From a virus: a DNA stretch of 64,000 nucleotides. Of this stretch, positions 17,891 to 26,605 are shown piece by piece. Made by a program: the position numbers and the translations under genes. The notes beneath the pieces are model-generated. The model saw only the letters and a program-made list of their open reading frames with translations, was not told the DNA's origin and searched no databases. How positions within the stretch are numbered: position 1 is the stretch's first letter; every line of letters starts with the position of its first letter. The stretch lies in the IMG/VR virus record IMGVR_UViG_3300045988_073455, one strand, 5' to 3'.

Positions 17891-18052
17891 ATGAAATACG
17901 AAGAAACGTTTAAACAACAAATGGTAGTAATTGAAGCCATGGTAGAAAAGACCAAAAAGGCGAAGGAAGAGAACTGCGACCTTTATGCTCTCATTTACAT
18001 GAGGGGATGGCTTAAAGGAATTGTAGATGATTTGGATAAGATTATCCCTTAA
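17891..18052 (+). CDS. hypothetical small protein (53 aa), paralog of 2295..2459
   Basis: Hand-translated MKYEETFKQQMVVIEAMVEKTKKAKEENCDLYALIYMRGWLKGIVDDLDKIIP. Motif I start. Below the ORF-track cutoff. Confidence 0.55.
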   Translation: MKYEETFKQQMVVIEAMVEKTKKAKEENCDLYALIYMRGWLKGIVDDLDKIIP

Positions 18053-18085
18053 CAACATGTTTTTAATTCTTAAAGGTAAGTAATT

Positions 18086-18481
18086 ATGACACAGCAAGAA
18101 TTTGAACAGCGAGTAGGAATATCGGTCAATGCTACCGAATACGCTTCCATCGAGAATGTATATATGGCAAGCGACCTAGATAAGGATGCTTTCTGCATTC
18201 TTTGGGAGAAGATGAACTTCAAAAGAGTTGCAAGAGCTAGAGAAGAGAAATCAGCTAAGTTGAAGGAGCAAATGAAGAAGGAACAGCTATTCGACATACT
18301 GAACAAGCCATACGGCAAAAACGAGTTCGGTACGCTAGCAGATAACTTCTACAGCAAAAGTGAAAAAGCTGTACTAGAAAGCATCGGAATCCACATGCAG
18401 CAAGAAAGAAATGGCATTCCATACTTTGTAAGCGTAGCATCAGTATTGGTTGATTTACGCAAATATTTGAAAGTCGCATAA
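18086..18481 (+). CDS. hypothetical protein
   Basis: 131-aa ORF. Confidence 0.55.
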   Translation: MTQQEFEQRVGISVNATEYASIENVYMASDLDKDAFCILWEKMNFKRVARAREEKSAKLKEQMKKEQLFDILNKPYGKNEFGTLADNFYSKSEKAVLESIGIHMQQERNGIPYFVSVASVLVDLRKYLKVA

Positions 18482-18528
18482 GAAGGAAATGGTAGGGCTA
18501 ACCACCCTACCTCAATACGATAAGAGCA

Positions 18529-19692
18529 ATGAATACGATAAAGACGTTTATTCCATCAGAGTCAGTTGACGCATTTAAGAAGTTCGCTGAGAAGACAAAG
18601 CGCAATGTAGAAGGTTTCGACTACACCATTAGTAACCCACGAAAAAAGTTATTCCGTCATGCGGTAGTAGAAGATTGTCAAACCATCATTGGGAAGTATT
18701 GGCATGACATCTGTGACCTCACCATCAATATGCCAGACGAAAGTAATTGGAGATTGCTGGCCACATATAAGAATGGAGCCTTTACTCCTGCTGATACAAC
18801 CAAGGAGTTGGTATTCAAGATTAAGGAGCATGGAGCTGATTACGGCAAATGCGACCTATGTGGTCATTGGTGTAACAACGCATACGTAATCGAGAATACG
18901 CAAACTGGCGATGAACTGCAAGTAGGTTGCGAGTGCATAAAAAAGTTCGGATTGAAGTACATTGACTTCCTCTCAGACTTTACACGCAAACTTTATGAGA
19001 CCTACGACCACACCATCAGATATGCCACCGATGATGACTATGGAGACCTTATTCCAATTTGGGGTGGTCCTAAGGATAGTAGATATACGGATGCCATCTT
19101 GAAGAATGACATGATCGCCATGTGCAAGGCTCAGTATGACGAGTGCCCTGTTTACAAGAAAGGCTATTACGCAAATGGTCACTATTACCCATCAGAAACA
19201 ATCGCCAAATTAGAGGAAATAAGAGATTCTAAGAAGTTTACGGTTGACTCCTCATACATAACAAAGGTCTGCGATTTTGCGCTCTCTAAAGAGCCTAAAT
19301 CGCAATTCGAGGTTGAAATGCAGAAAGTAGCAAATGACTACTACACATTCTCGGAGCAGTTCGTTTATGCTTTCTTCCTGGTGAAGAACTACGAGGATAG
19401 CTTAAAAGGTGGTATTGATGCCATCAAGAAAGGTATGCAAGTCAAGGTAGTCGGTAAAGTCATTCAACAGCGCACAGAGCAGTCTTACTACGGAGAAATG
19501 GTCACAAACACCATCCTTACTAAAAACGGAATAGTCTGTGAAAGGGTTGGCAAAATACCAACTGCACAAAAAGATGGCGAGAAGACCACCGAGTTCTATG
19601 CTATCGTCAAGGGTTTGTTCAATGGAAAGGTTTGCCTAGACAGAGCTACTAAGAATCCAAAGAAAGGAATTGAAGTGGCTATGGAGATTTAG
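18529..19692 (+). CDS. hypothetical protein with Cys cluster
   Basis: 387 aa. Contains CDLCGHWCNN...VGCECIKKFG, a possible zinc ribbon. Motif I start. Confidence 0.65.
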   Translation: MNTIKTFIPSESVDAFKKFAEKTKRNVEGFDYTISNPRKKLFRHAVVEDCQTIIGKYWHDICDLTINMPDESNWRLLATYKNGAFTPADTTKELVFKIKEHGADYGKCDLCGHWCNNAYVIENTQTGDELQVGCECIKKFGLKYIDFLSDFTRKLYETYDHTIRYATDDDYGDLIPIWGGPKDSRYTDAILKNDMIAMCKAQYDECPVYKKGYYANGHYYPSETIAKLEEIRDSKKFTVDSSYITKVCDFALSKEPKSQFEVEMQKVANDYYTFSEQFVYAFFLVKNYEDSLKGGIDAIKKGMQVKVVGKVIQQRTEQSYYGEMVTNTILTKNGIVCERVGKIPTAQKDGEKTTEFYAIVKGLFNGKVCLDRATKNPKKGIEVAMEI

Positions 19693-19694
19693 TT

Positions 19695-19853
19695 ATGAGC
19701 GCATTCAACATCAACGCCTATTATGGCTGTGAAACTTGCGAAGCAGCCGACGAATATGGTAATGGTTGCAAGCATGGTCTGTTATTCCCTGTCCTGCTTG
19801 TGATAGCTAATAAAAGGGAATGCCCAAATTATAGATTTCAAAGAAAGGAATAG
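19695..19853 (+). CDS. hypothetical small Cys-rich protein (52 aa)
   Basis: Hand-translated MSAFNINAYYGCETCEAADEYGNGCKHG... Confidence 0.35.
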   Translation: MSAFNINAYYGCETCEAADEYGNGCKHGLLFPVLLVIANKRECPNYRFQRKE

Positions 19854-19854
19854 A

Positions 19855-20010
19855 ATGAGTTATAAAGACAGAATAGAATTAGAGCAACTTTTAGGTAGTT
19901 TTGTAACATCACCTAAAAGCCTTCTATCAGAAAAAGAGGTCAAATTGCTAAGAAAAGCCATGCGACTTATTGGTAGAGTAAATAAGAGATACGCGGATTT
20001 ATACATGTAA
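19855..20010 (+). CDS. hypothetical small protein (51 aa)
   Basis: Hand-translated MSYKDRIELEQLLGSF... Confidence 0.35.
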   Translation: MSYKDRIELEQLLGSFVTSPKSLLSEKEVKLLRKAMRLIGRVNKRYADLYM

Positions 20011-20022
20011 ATACGAAATGAT

Positions 20023-20256
20023 ATGAAATTGCAGGTTTATTTCTTATACAGAACAGATGAGCACCTATCAACAGACAGCAAGGAATTGCTCTTTATTGGC
20101 AACCTTCCAAATTGCATGAAAGCAGCAAGGAAGTTTAATGCTACAGATACTCAGATTAATGAACTTGGGTATCATAAGCAAAGTCAACTTAACAATGTAG
20201 GTTACGAGTTTATGCTAGAACAGCATACACTTAACGAATATATAGTAGAACCATAA
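20023..20256 (+). CDS. hypothetical protein
   Basis: 77-aa ORF. Confidence 0.45.
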   Translation: MKLQVYFLYRTDEHLSTDSKELLFIGNLPNCMKAARKFNATDTQINELGYHKQSQLNNVGYEFMLEQHTLNEYIVEP

Positions 20257-20267
20257 AATATACGATT

Positions 20268-20474
20268 ATGAAGATATACAAATTGATATGGTATCTCTAC
20301 ACAGAGGACCAACTTAAAGAATCCCTCATCACCGATAAGGAAGTTGCAGAAAAACGTTATCAAGAGCTGAAGAAGTTTCTTTATCGTGGATGCTGGTTAT
20401 CCCTCTCAGAATTAGTTGAAAACGAAGACCACGAACTAGTGAAGGGTGAAGGTCTTCATTATAACGACATTTAA
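20268..20474 (+). CDS. hypothetical protein
   Basis: 68-aa ORF. Confidence 0.45.
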   Translation: MKIYKLIWYLYTEDQLKESLITDKEVAEKRYQELKKFLYRGCWLSLSELVENEDHELVKGEGLHYNDI

Positions 20475-20485
20475 AAGTTAGAGCA

Positions 20486-21034
20486 ATGGAACAGAAGTTA
20501 TTAGATTTGATTATCCATATAGGACAAGTTAGAGGTTGGGCTGTAGATGCTACAGATAATGGCAATGACTTTGCCTACATCTTCTTTCAGCGTTATTCTC
20601 CTGCTGGTCAAGATTTCAACATGTCAATCGAAATGCCAAACAATGACCCGAATGAGTTTTTGAAGAACCTCGATGATTACTACGAGAACTTCGATCCAGA
20701 TAGTGAAGCCCTAAACCGGTGTGACAAAGAAGGTCATGGTATAAATGGAGCACCCAAACGCTTGAAGGATATCATCATTGATTTCGAGGAAATCGAAAAG
20801 GAAATCAAAGAACTCCTAGAAGTGTTCAATCTTCAAATAGAGGAACTAGAGAAAGCTGCCATTCACAAGGTTAAAGTGCAAGTCACCGAATACCTGCAAA
20901 AGGTAGTGGAGGTTGATGCCATCAATGGCAGTGACGCATGCGATAAAGTCGAAGAAATGGTTAATGGATCAGAAATCATCTTGACAGCAGACGATTTCAC
21001 AACAAGAAACATTGAGCCTTATGAAGATAAGTAA
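20486..21034 (+). CDS. hypothetical acidic protein
   Basis: 182 aa. Start lies in TTAGAGCAATGG, a motif I variant. Confidence 0.6.
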   Translation: MEQKLLDLIIHIGQVRGWAVDATDNGNDFAYIFFQRYSPAGQDFNMSIEMPNNDPNEFLKNLDDYYENFDPDSEALNRCDKEGHGINGAPKRLKDIIIDFEEIEKEIKELLEVFNLQIEELEKAAIHKVKVQVTEYLQKVVEVDAINGSDACDKVEEMVNGSEIILTADDFTTRNIEPYEDK

Positions 21035-21272
21035 AACTGCACAAGCTGTGCAAAAGCTAAAAGATGGAGATTTGAAAGGAGCACTCTCCATCTTTTCTAC
21101 TTTTAAGTATGATTTCACAAGGGATGAACGTAGAATCATGCGAATTGCATACGAAACACTTTGCGGACATGGTGCTTTCTATCAATCATTAGGAATTGAT
21201 GCTAGTCAGATGATAGTAGATGCGTCAAGTATACTATACGATAAGTATCTGAATAACAATAAGTTAAACTAA
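21021..21272 (+). CDS. hypothetical protein
   Basis: Track ORF 21012..21272 with first ATG at 21021 (MKISKTAQAV...). Its last 32 nt are duplicated at 30867. Confidence 0.5.
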   Translation: MKISKTAQAVQKLKDGDLKGALSIFSTFKYDFTRDERRIMRIAYETLCGHGAFYQSLGIDASQMIVDASSILYDKYLNNNKLN

Positions 21273-21382
21273 GTTAGCAAAAAGTACTTTATGCTCAAAA
21301 CGTTTGGTCATTTGCAAAAAAATGATTACCTTTGCACTATCAAAAATAAATAATAACAATTAAAAGATAAGAGCAATGAAAC
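21241..21382 (+). repeat. direct repeat copy L (gene 3' end plus class I promoter plus leader)
   Basis: Near-identical to 30867..31014. There is one mismatch over roughly the first 107 nt, then small indels. Confidence 0.85.
21303..21334 (+). promoter_or_regulatory. class I promoter copy 4
   Basis: TTTGGTCA at 21303 and TAccTTTG at 21327..21334. Confidence 0.65.
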
Positions 21383-21654
21383 GATTTGAAGATTACGAAA
21401 AAGCTTATAATAAATGCTATGAACTTTTGCAAAAACTCACAGCATTGATAAAAGAGACAGATGGCAACCTCACTATCGAGATAAGATTTACTTATATTGA
21501 CAAATATCCAATGCTTTCTGTTAAATACTATTGTAATTACCTATACTCATTTCTTCCACAAGAAGATGGTACATTTATTATTTCTACAGACAATAAAATC
21601 TATACAATGGATGAAATTGAGGCGAAGATAAGAAAGAATTGTTATTTAGACTAA
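21376..21654 (+). CDS. hypothetical protein
   Basis: 92 aa. Motif I start with 16-nt complementarity to the candidate sRNA at 30682..30697. Confidence 0.55.
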   Translation: MKRFEDYEKAYNKCYELLQKLTALIKETDGNLTIEIRFTYIDKYPMLSVKYYCNYLYSFLPQEDGTFIISTDNKIYTMDEIEAKIRKNCYLD

Positions 21655-21666
21655 AATATAAGAGCA

Positions 21667-22011
21667 ATGAAACTGATTACGAAAGAAATTAAGAAGAGAC
21701 TGGAAAAATATCCTCTCTACTCGCAGGATGGTAAAAAGGAAGAAGCCATCTGTCAAGCAAAGTTCTTCCTTTGTGTTGGTGCATGGTCTTGGTTCATATT
21801 GGAAGCAGACCTAGAGAACAATATCGCCTACGGAATCACTATCAATGGAAGTGGTGAAGGCGAGTACGGCTACACAAGCTTAACCGAGTTGCAGGGGCTA
21901 ACAACTAAGTTAGGCTTAACCGTAGAGCGAGACACCTCATTCTCCCCTACTCCACTAAAGGATATTAATAACGAATATCTAAAGAAGTTTCTTAAGAAAA
22001 TGTACGCTTGA
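21667..22011 (+). CDS. DUF2958-like protein
   Basis: KYPLYSQDGKKEEAICQAKFFLCVGAWSWFILEAD...YGYTSLTELQ matches the DUF2958 pattern as I recall it. Motif I start. Confidence 0.55.
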   Translation: MKLITKEIKKRLEKYPLYSQDGKKEEAICQAKFFLCVGAWSWFILEADLENNIAYGITINGSGEGEYGYTSLTELQGLTTKLGLTVERDTSFSPTPLKDINNEYLKKFLKKMYA

Positions 22012-22038
22012 AAATAATTTCTCACTTTTTTCGAGAAA

Positions 22039-22072
22039 CTATTTGTTGATTAAATAATTTTATCTATCTTTG
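22039..22072 (+). promoter_or_regulatory. class II promoter copy 2
   Basis: CTATTTGTTGATTAAATA at 22039..22056 and TAtcTTTG at 22065..22072. It is preceded by AAAATAATTTCTCACTTTTTT, which is shared with the copy at 33205. Confidence 0.65.
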
Positions 22073-22090
22073 CAAAAAGTTACAAAAGAA

Positions 22091-22489
22091 ATGAAGATTT
22101 ATACATCATACTTCTCAAACGGAGCTAAGTTAGCAAAAGCTGGTATCATGATGATCGGCATTGCCCTCTACCCTCCGAAATGGTTTACAGGATTATCAAA
22201 CAAGTACGTGTCACCATCATGGGACATTCTTCACAACTCCAAATCGGAAGAAGATTACGTACAACGTTTCAATTCTGAGATATTGGCTCATCGGGACCCA
22301 AAAGCATTTCTCTCAGCAATAGAGAAAATGGCAAATGGAAAAGATGTAGCTCTATGTTGCTTCGAAAAGCCAGATGATTTTTGCCATCGCCACCTAGTGG
22401 CAAAATGGCTGAATGAAAAGCTGGGAGTGCAGGTCGAGGAATTTGGAATTTCCAAGAATCCTGTTTACTCGGAGCAAAGCTTGTTTTAG
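22091..22489 (+). CDS. DUF488-like protein
   Basis: First ATG of track ORF 22070..22489. Sequence MKIYTSYFSN...VALCCFEKPDDFCHRHLVAKWL (C-x-E...CHR signature). Confidence 0.55.
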   Translation: MKIYTSYFSNGAKLAKAGIMMIGIALYPPKWFTGLSNKYVSPSWDILHNSKSEEDYVQRFNSEILAHRDPKAFLSAIEKMANGKDVALCCFEKPDDFCHRHLVAKWLNEKLGVQVEEFGISKNPVYSEQSLF

Positions 22490-22573
22490 GAATTCCTCCT
22501 TTCAAAATACACACAATGGTTGACGGCTCGGAAAGACGAGCATTTTTGCGTGTATAGAATATTGTTATTATAA

Positions 22574-22646
22574 GCGGAGATAGCTCAGTTAGCAGAGCGC
22601 AGTGATACCATCACTGAGGTCGTTGGTGCGGCTCCAACTCTCCGCT
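22574..22646 (+). tRNA. non-canonical tRNA-Gly-like, anticodon ACC
   Basis: 73-nt cloverleaf. Acceptor GCGGAGA/TCTCCGC with discriminator U. D arm GCTC-AGTTAGCA-GAGC lacks G18G19. Anticodon arm CAGTG-ATACCAT-CACTG. T arm GTTGG-TGCGGCT-CCAAC has no TTC. Confidence 0.6.
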
Positions 22647-22651
22647 CTTTT

Positions 22652-22725
22652 GCGGGTATAGCTCAGTCGGTCAGAGCGTTACATTCCCAATGTGAAGGTC
22701 GAAGGTTCGAGTCCCTCTAGCCGCT
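22652..22725 (+). tRNA. tRNA-Gly (anticodon CCC) with stem mismatches
   Basis: Acceptor GCGGGTA/TAGCCGC has a G5.G68 mismatch, discriminator U. Anticodon loop TTCCCAA. T arm GAAGG-TTCGAGT-CCCTC has an A51.C63 mismatch. Confidence 0.7.
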
Positions 22726-22754
22726 CTATTTTTGTAGAATTAAAATAAAAGAGC

Positions 22755-23822
22755 ATGAAAATAGCAGTTATAGGAACGGGCAACGTGGGAGTAGCTTTTG
22801 CCGCAGACCTCTCTATTAAAGGTCATGAAGTTACACTCCTAAAGACATCTTCATACAAATCAGATGCCTTTGATAGACTTATCAAGAACGGCAAAAGGGT
22901 TTTTCTTAAAGAGAAATCAACTTATATAGAAACTGCAATCAAAGAGGTTTCTAAAGACCTCAGTAAGGTTGCAGAAGCAGAAGTTATATTTTGTACTATT
23001 CAGAGTAACTTCTATGAGGGTCTAGTAGAACGTATACATCAATACCTTCACAATGATCAGATTGTTGTCTGTATCTCTAGTTACGCATCCTCTTTCTATT
23101 TTGAGAAACATTGCAGAAAACTACCAATGTTAGTTGAAGCAACAGGTCCATATTTGGAAGGACGAGTAGAGTTGGATGATAAACCAAACGAAGTTGTTTT
23201 TCGTGTTGGTTATAGGCATGAAGTTATTCCTGTAGCATGCTTTTCTAATCATGATACCTGCATGGAGAAACTGCATAAAATTAGCAAAGGTTTTATAGCA
23301 AAATATTGCGTGCTTGAATCTGCATTACTCAATCCAAATATGGTGTTGCATACGGTAGGTTCAATTATGAGTATTCCGAGAATAGAATATTCAAAGGGAA
23401 ATTTCTGTATGTATCGTGAAGCATACGCAAGAGGAAATGACTCCACCATCAATCTATTGATGAGACTTGACGAAGAAAAGATGAAAGTCTTAAAAAGCTT
23501 GGGCTTTTTCAAAACAAGCGTATTTGAAGCAGGAGGTTTTAATATGTCAGACCCAATAGAGAGTTTGCATCGTTACTCAGAATCTAGTGATAGAGCCATC
23601 AGCCCAACATCTGTTCACTCACGTTACATCACAGAAGACGTTTCAGAGGGATTGGTACTGATGGAGAGTATTGCACTTCATATAGGCTTAGAGTTACCAG
23701 TTACATCATCCCTCATTACGCTTGCAAGTGTAGCTTTAGGAATAGACTTCCGTAAGACAGGAAGAACTATTCAGAGATTAGGTATTATTAACGAAATAGA
23801 TATGCTTCATGAATGTAGATAG
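22755..23822 (+). CDS. NAD(P)-dependent opine (octopine/nopaline) dehydrogenase-like oxidoreductase
   Basis: 355 aa. N-terminal Rossmann motif MKIAVIGTGNVGVAFAADL. The C-terminal RYITEDVSEGLVLMESIA...LPVTSSLITLAS resembles the octopine-DH C-domain. Confidence 0.6.
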   Translation: MKIAVIGTGNVGVAFAADLSIKGHEVTLLKTSSYKSDAFDRLIKNGKRVFLKEKSTYIETAIKEVSKDLSKVAEAEVIFCTIQSNFYEGLVERIHQYLHNDQIVVCISSYASSFYFEKHCRKLPMLVEATGPYLEGRVELDDKPNEVVFRVGYRHEVIPVACFSNHDTCMEKLHKISKGFIAKYCVLESALLNPNMVLHTVGSIMSIPRIEYSKGNFCMYREAYARGNDSTINLLMRLDEEKMKVLKSLGFFKTSVFEAGGFNMSDPIESLHRYSESSDRAISPTSVHSRYITEDVSEGLVLMESIALHIGLELPVTSSLITLASVALGIDFRKTGRTIQRLGIINEIDMLHECR

Positions 23823-25887
23823 CGATATAAAAAACAGAACATTTGGTATTGAAATCGAAATGTGCAATCTTGAAAGGGCGAAGGTAACTTTGCCCGAAGG
23901 TTACTCCTGGAGCAAGGAAGAGAGCATTGATAATACCGATTGTTCAAGCAATAAGCAGTTTGGTGGAGAGGTAAATACCCCTCCACTACATCTTTGCTGC
24001 CTAAAGGAATTGCACGACCTCCGCTCTGTATATGAATCAATGGTTGCTGCAGGTGGCAGGCTAAAATGGAGCATCTACACCCATGTGCACATTTATGTCG
24101 GTGATTTACCTGTTGATCAGATAAAGAAAGTATTCCTATTCTTCTATCTGTGTTACCATTATTTTAAGCAGTATGCTAAAATATCAGAATGCGATGAGCT
24201 TATATCCATAGCGATGCCAACTCCAACGGAAAAGTATTATAAAGGAGTCCTGCAGGCTCAGACTTTCGAGGATATTCAGAAGTTATTCACTAACAACTCA
24301 AACAAAGGTTTCATACGTCATGCAGTGAATATTTCTGCATATTTTAAGACAAAGACGATAGAGTTTAGACTTTATCATGCTACTGATGATTTCTATCAAG
24401 CTATGGCTTGTGTTCTTTCCACATACAGGCTATTTTATTACGCTATAAGCCACGAATTGGAGGATTTCAAATCAATTACATCATACCAGCAGTTCTGTGA
24501 GGTTACTGGGCTTAAATATGATGTTCCAGACGAATTATGTCCGCTAATCTACCAAGGAAATCCATACGACAAGGTAGAGTCGTATATGACAAAGCCTTTA
24601 CCATACAATTCTGAAATGGTTTCAGCTCTGTATGATGCTGTAAAAGCTAACGGACACAAGGAAATCTGCATAGTAAATGGCTTCATGTATTACTATGAGT
24701 TATTCTTCCTTGATAAGATGGAAGTATCTATATACTGCCAAGATGCCTACTGTTATCTGCTCTATATGTTGGCAAATGGTAAAACATCACTAACATATAA
24801 GGATAAGCTTGCATGGTTGGAGGACTATAACAATTCTACACCATCAAGACAGCTTGCTTTGGCTCTTTATGCGGTGAAACTGCAAAAGTATTTCATGAGT
24901 GAATCGGCAAGAAATAGTGCCATCTTCGAAGCGTTGAAAATTAAGGCAAGGGAATCTATCGAGAAAACCGAGGAGGCAAATGAGCGATTGATGAGATTAC
25001 TCACTACATGTGATTTCCATGTCGGAACACTAGAAGAAGCCATCAAGAATAAGAAGGTAATCTTCTTTAATTACGGAAGAATAGAGAAAAAGCAGAAGAG
25101 AGCATTCAAACTCATTTCTGAGAATAGTGACTTGAAATCAGACTTTTCTGTTGCAAGGAACGACTACTATAATCTTGTGGAAAGTATTCCGAGTGATAGT
25201 TATTTCTATTATTTCAGCAACAGCCCTTATCTGAGAAACCTGCATAAGATAGCTATGTGGAATAATTCAAGTGGGGAAAGACGGTCTGCAGGAAGGTTCC
25301 TATATTGCAATAAGCCAACTGCACAAAACAATGCAAGCACCTCGTATTCTTCATACAGAATCGAATGCAATGAGATAGTTCCTCCAGATGATTTGGAGAT
25401 TACAGACGCAAATAAGCTAAAGATTGAACGAGTAACCCCTCCTTTACTTCATTGCTTGCAAAAGAAGTATATCAAGAAGGTGGACCAATGTAGTGTCTGT
25501 CAATTTGCTTTTGTGGTGAAATACGACAAATATACCCTAGGTGGATTTGGTTTTACGCTACCTCAACACAAGGGGTATGATTTGTTTCAGTTAACGGACT
25601 TCTGCACGAATAACGCAATCCCTCGATTGAGTAAACTCATACTGTACTGCATTCAGTCTGTAGGCGTTCAAAGATATGTGAGCAGAAGAATGCGCAAGCT
25701 TTGCGAGAAGGTTATCTCCTGCGCTTATACCCATAAGCCAGTGAGTATGAAATATCGTGGCGTATACAAGAAAGTGAAGGAACACTGCACATCATCTTAT
25801 CTTGCTTACGAAGGAATACTTGGTATATACCCTACGAATAAGAAAATCATTGAGAAATATCAAAAATCGTTGAAGAATGGAAAATGA
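23809..25887 (+). CDS. Amidoligase_2 (GS-like COOH-NH2 ligase) fused to an approximately 460-aa uncharacterised C-terminal region
   Basis: 692 aa. The N-terminus has FGIEIEM...DNTD...GGEVNTPPL...THVHIY...HAVNISAYFKTKTIEFRLYHATDD. Its start overlaps the upstream gene by 14 nt. Confidence 0.65.
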   Translation: MNVDSDIKNRTFGIEIEMCNLERAKVTLPEGYSWSKEESIDNTDCSSNKQFGGEVNTPPLHLCCLKELHDLRSVYESMVAAGGRLKWSIYTHVHIYVGDLPVDQIKKVFLFFYLCYHYFKQYAKISECDELISIAMPTPTEKYYKGVLQAQTFEDIQKLFTNNSNKGFIRHAVNISAYFKTKTIEFRLYHATDDFYQAMACVLSTYRLFYYAISHELEDFKSITSYQQFCEVTGLKYDVPDELCPLIYQGNPYDKVESYMTKPLPYNSEMVSALYDAVKANGHKEICIVNGFMYYYELFFLDKMEVSIYCQDAYCYLLYMLANGKTSLTYKDKLAWLEDYNNSTPSRQLALALYAVKLQKYFMSESARNSAIFEALKIKARESIEKTEEANERLMRLLTTCDFHVGTLEEAIKNKKVIFFNYGRIEKKQKRAFKLISENSDLKSDFSVARNDYYNLVESIPSDSYFYYFSNSPYLRNLHKIAMWNNSSGERRSAGRFLYCNKPTAQNNASTSYSSYRIECNEIVPPDDLEITDANKLKIERVTPPLLHCLQKKYIKKVDQCSVCQFAFVVKYDKYTLGGFGFTLPQHKGYDLFQLTDFCTNNAIPRLSKLILYCIQSVGVQRYVSRRMRKLCEKVISCAYTHKPVSMKYRGVYKKVKEHCTSSYLAYEGILGIYPTNKKIIEKYQKSLKNGK

Positions 25888-26605
25888 AGATAGATGGAAA
25901 TACGCAAAAGTTGATATAAACCTCATAGATGAGGTAGAAATCAATGCAAATGAAATGTCGGGTGAAGACTTCGCCCAACTAACAGACAACATTGCTAAGT
26001 CTGGATTGAGTAGTGTGCCTACCTGTATCAAGAAGGATAATGGTAGATACATCATGATCAGCGGTAATCATCGTTTGAGAGCATGCAAGAAACTGCACTA
26101 TAAAATGCTAGGCATCTTATATGTAGAAGAGAGCGAGATTACAAATGATGAAGCTATTGCTATTGAATTATCTCACAACTCCCTTCATGGTGAAGCTAAT
26201 GTTAGCATCTTGAAGAAGTTGTTTGCATCAATTCAATCTATCGACTTCAAGAAGTTTGCTCATGTGAACATTGACGAGATTAAGCCCATAAGCACAGAGG
26301 GTATAAATGTATATGCCATGCAGGAGAATTTCGTATTCACAATCATCCTCTACCCTAGCTCATTTGCAAGTCTGGACACATTGTATGGGGATATTCGTGA
26401 ACAAGCTCGCAAAAGTGATGCTCTCGTTCTAGCTTCCGAAGAAGATAACGAGAAAACCCTGCTTAAAATCCAACAAGAGATAGGTAAGGAGTTTGGCATA
26501 AAATCCCCAAGCATCACATTTGCAAAGTTGCTAGAGTTAGCAAGTGAACGTTTAACCGAAATAAAGGAAGGAGAAAAAGAAAATGATTTGGAGCATAACA
26601 AGTAA
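25877..26605 (+). CDS. ParB N-terminal-domain (ParB/Srx) protein
   Basis: 242 aa with IMISGNHRLRACKKL (the GxHR motif). Overlaps the upstream gene by 11 nt. Confidence 0.65.
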   Translation: MENEDRWKYAKVDINLIDEVEINANEMSGEDFAQLTDNIAKSGLSSVPTCIKKDNGRYIMISGNHRLRACKKLHYKMLGILYVEESEITNDEAIAIELSHNSLHGEANVSILKKLFASIQSIDFKKFAHVNIDEIKPISTEGINVYAMQENFVFTIILYPSSFASLDTLYGDIREQARKSDALVLASEEDNEKTLLKIQQEIGKEFGIKSPSITFAKLLELASERLTEIKEGEKENDLEHNK

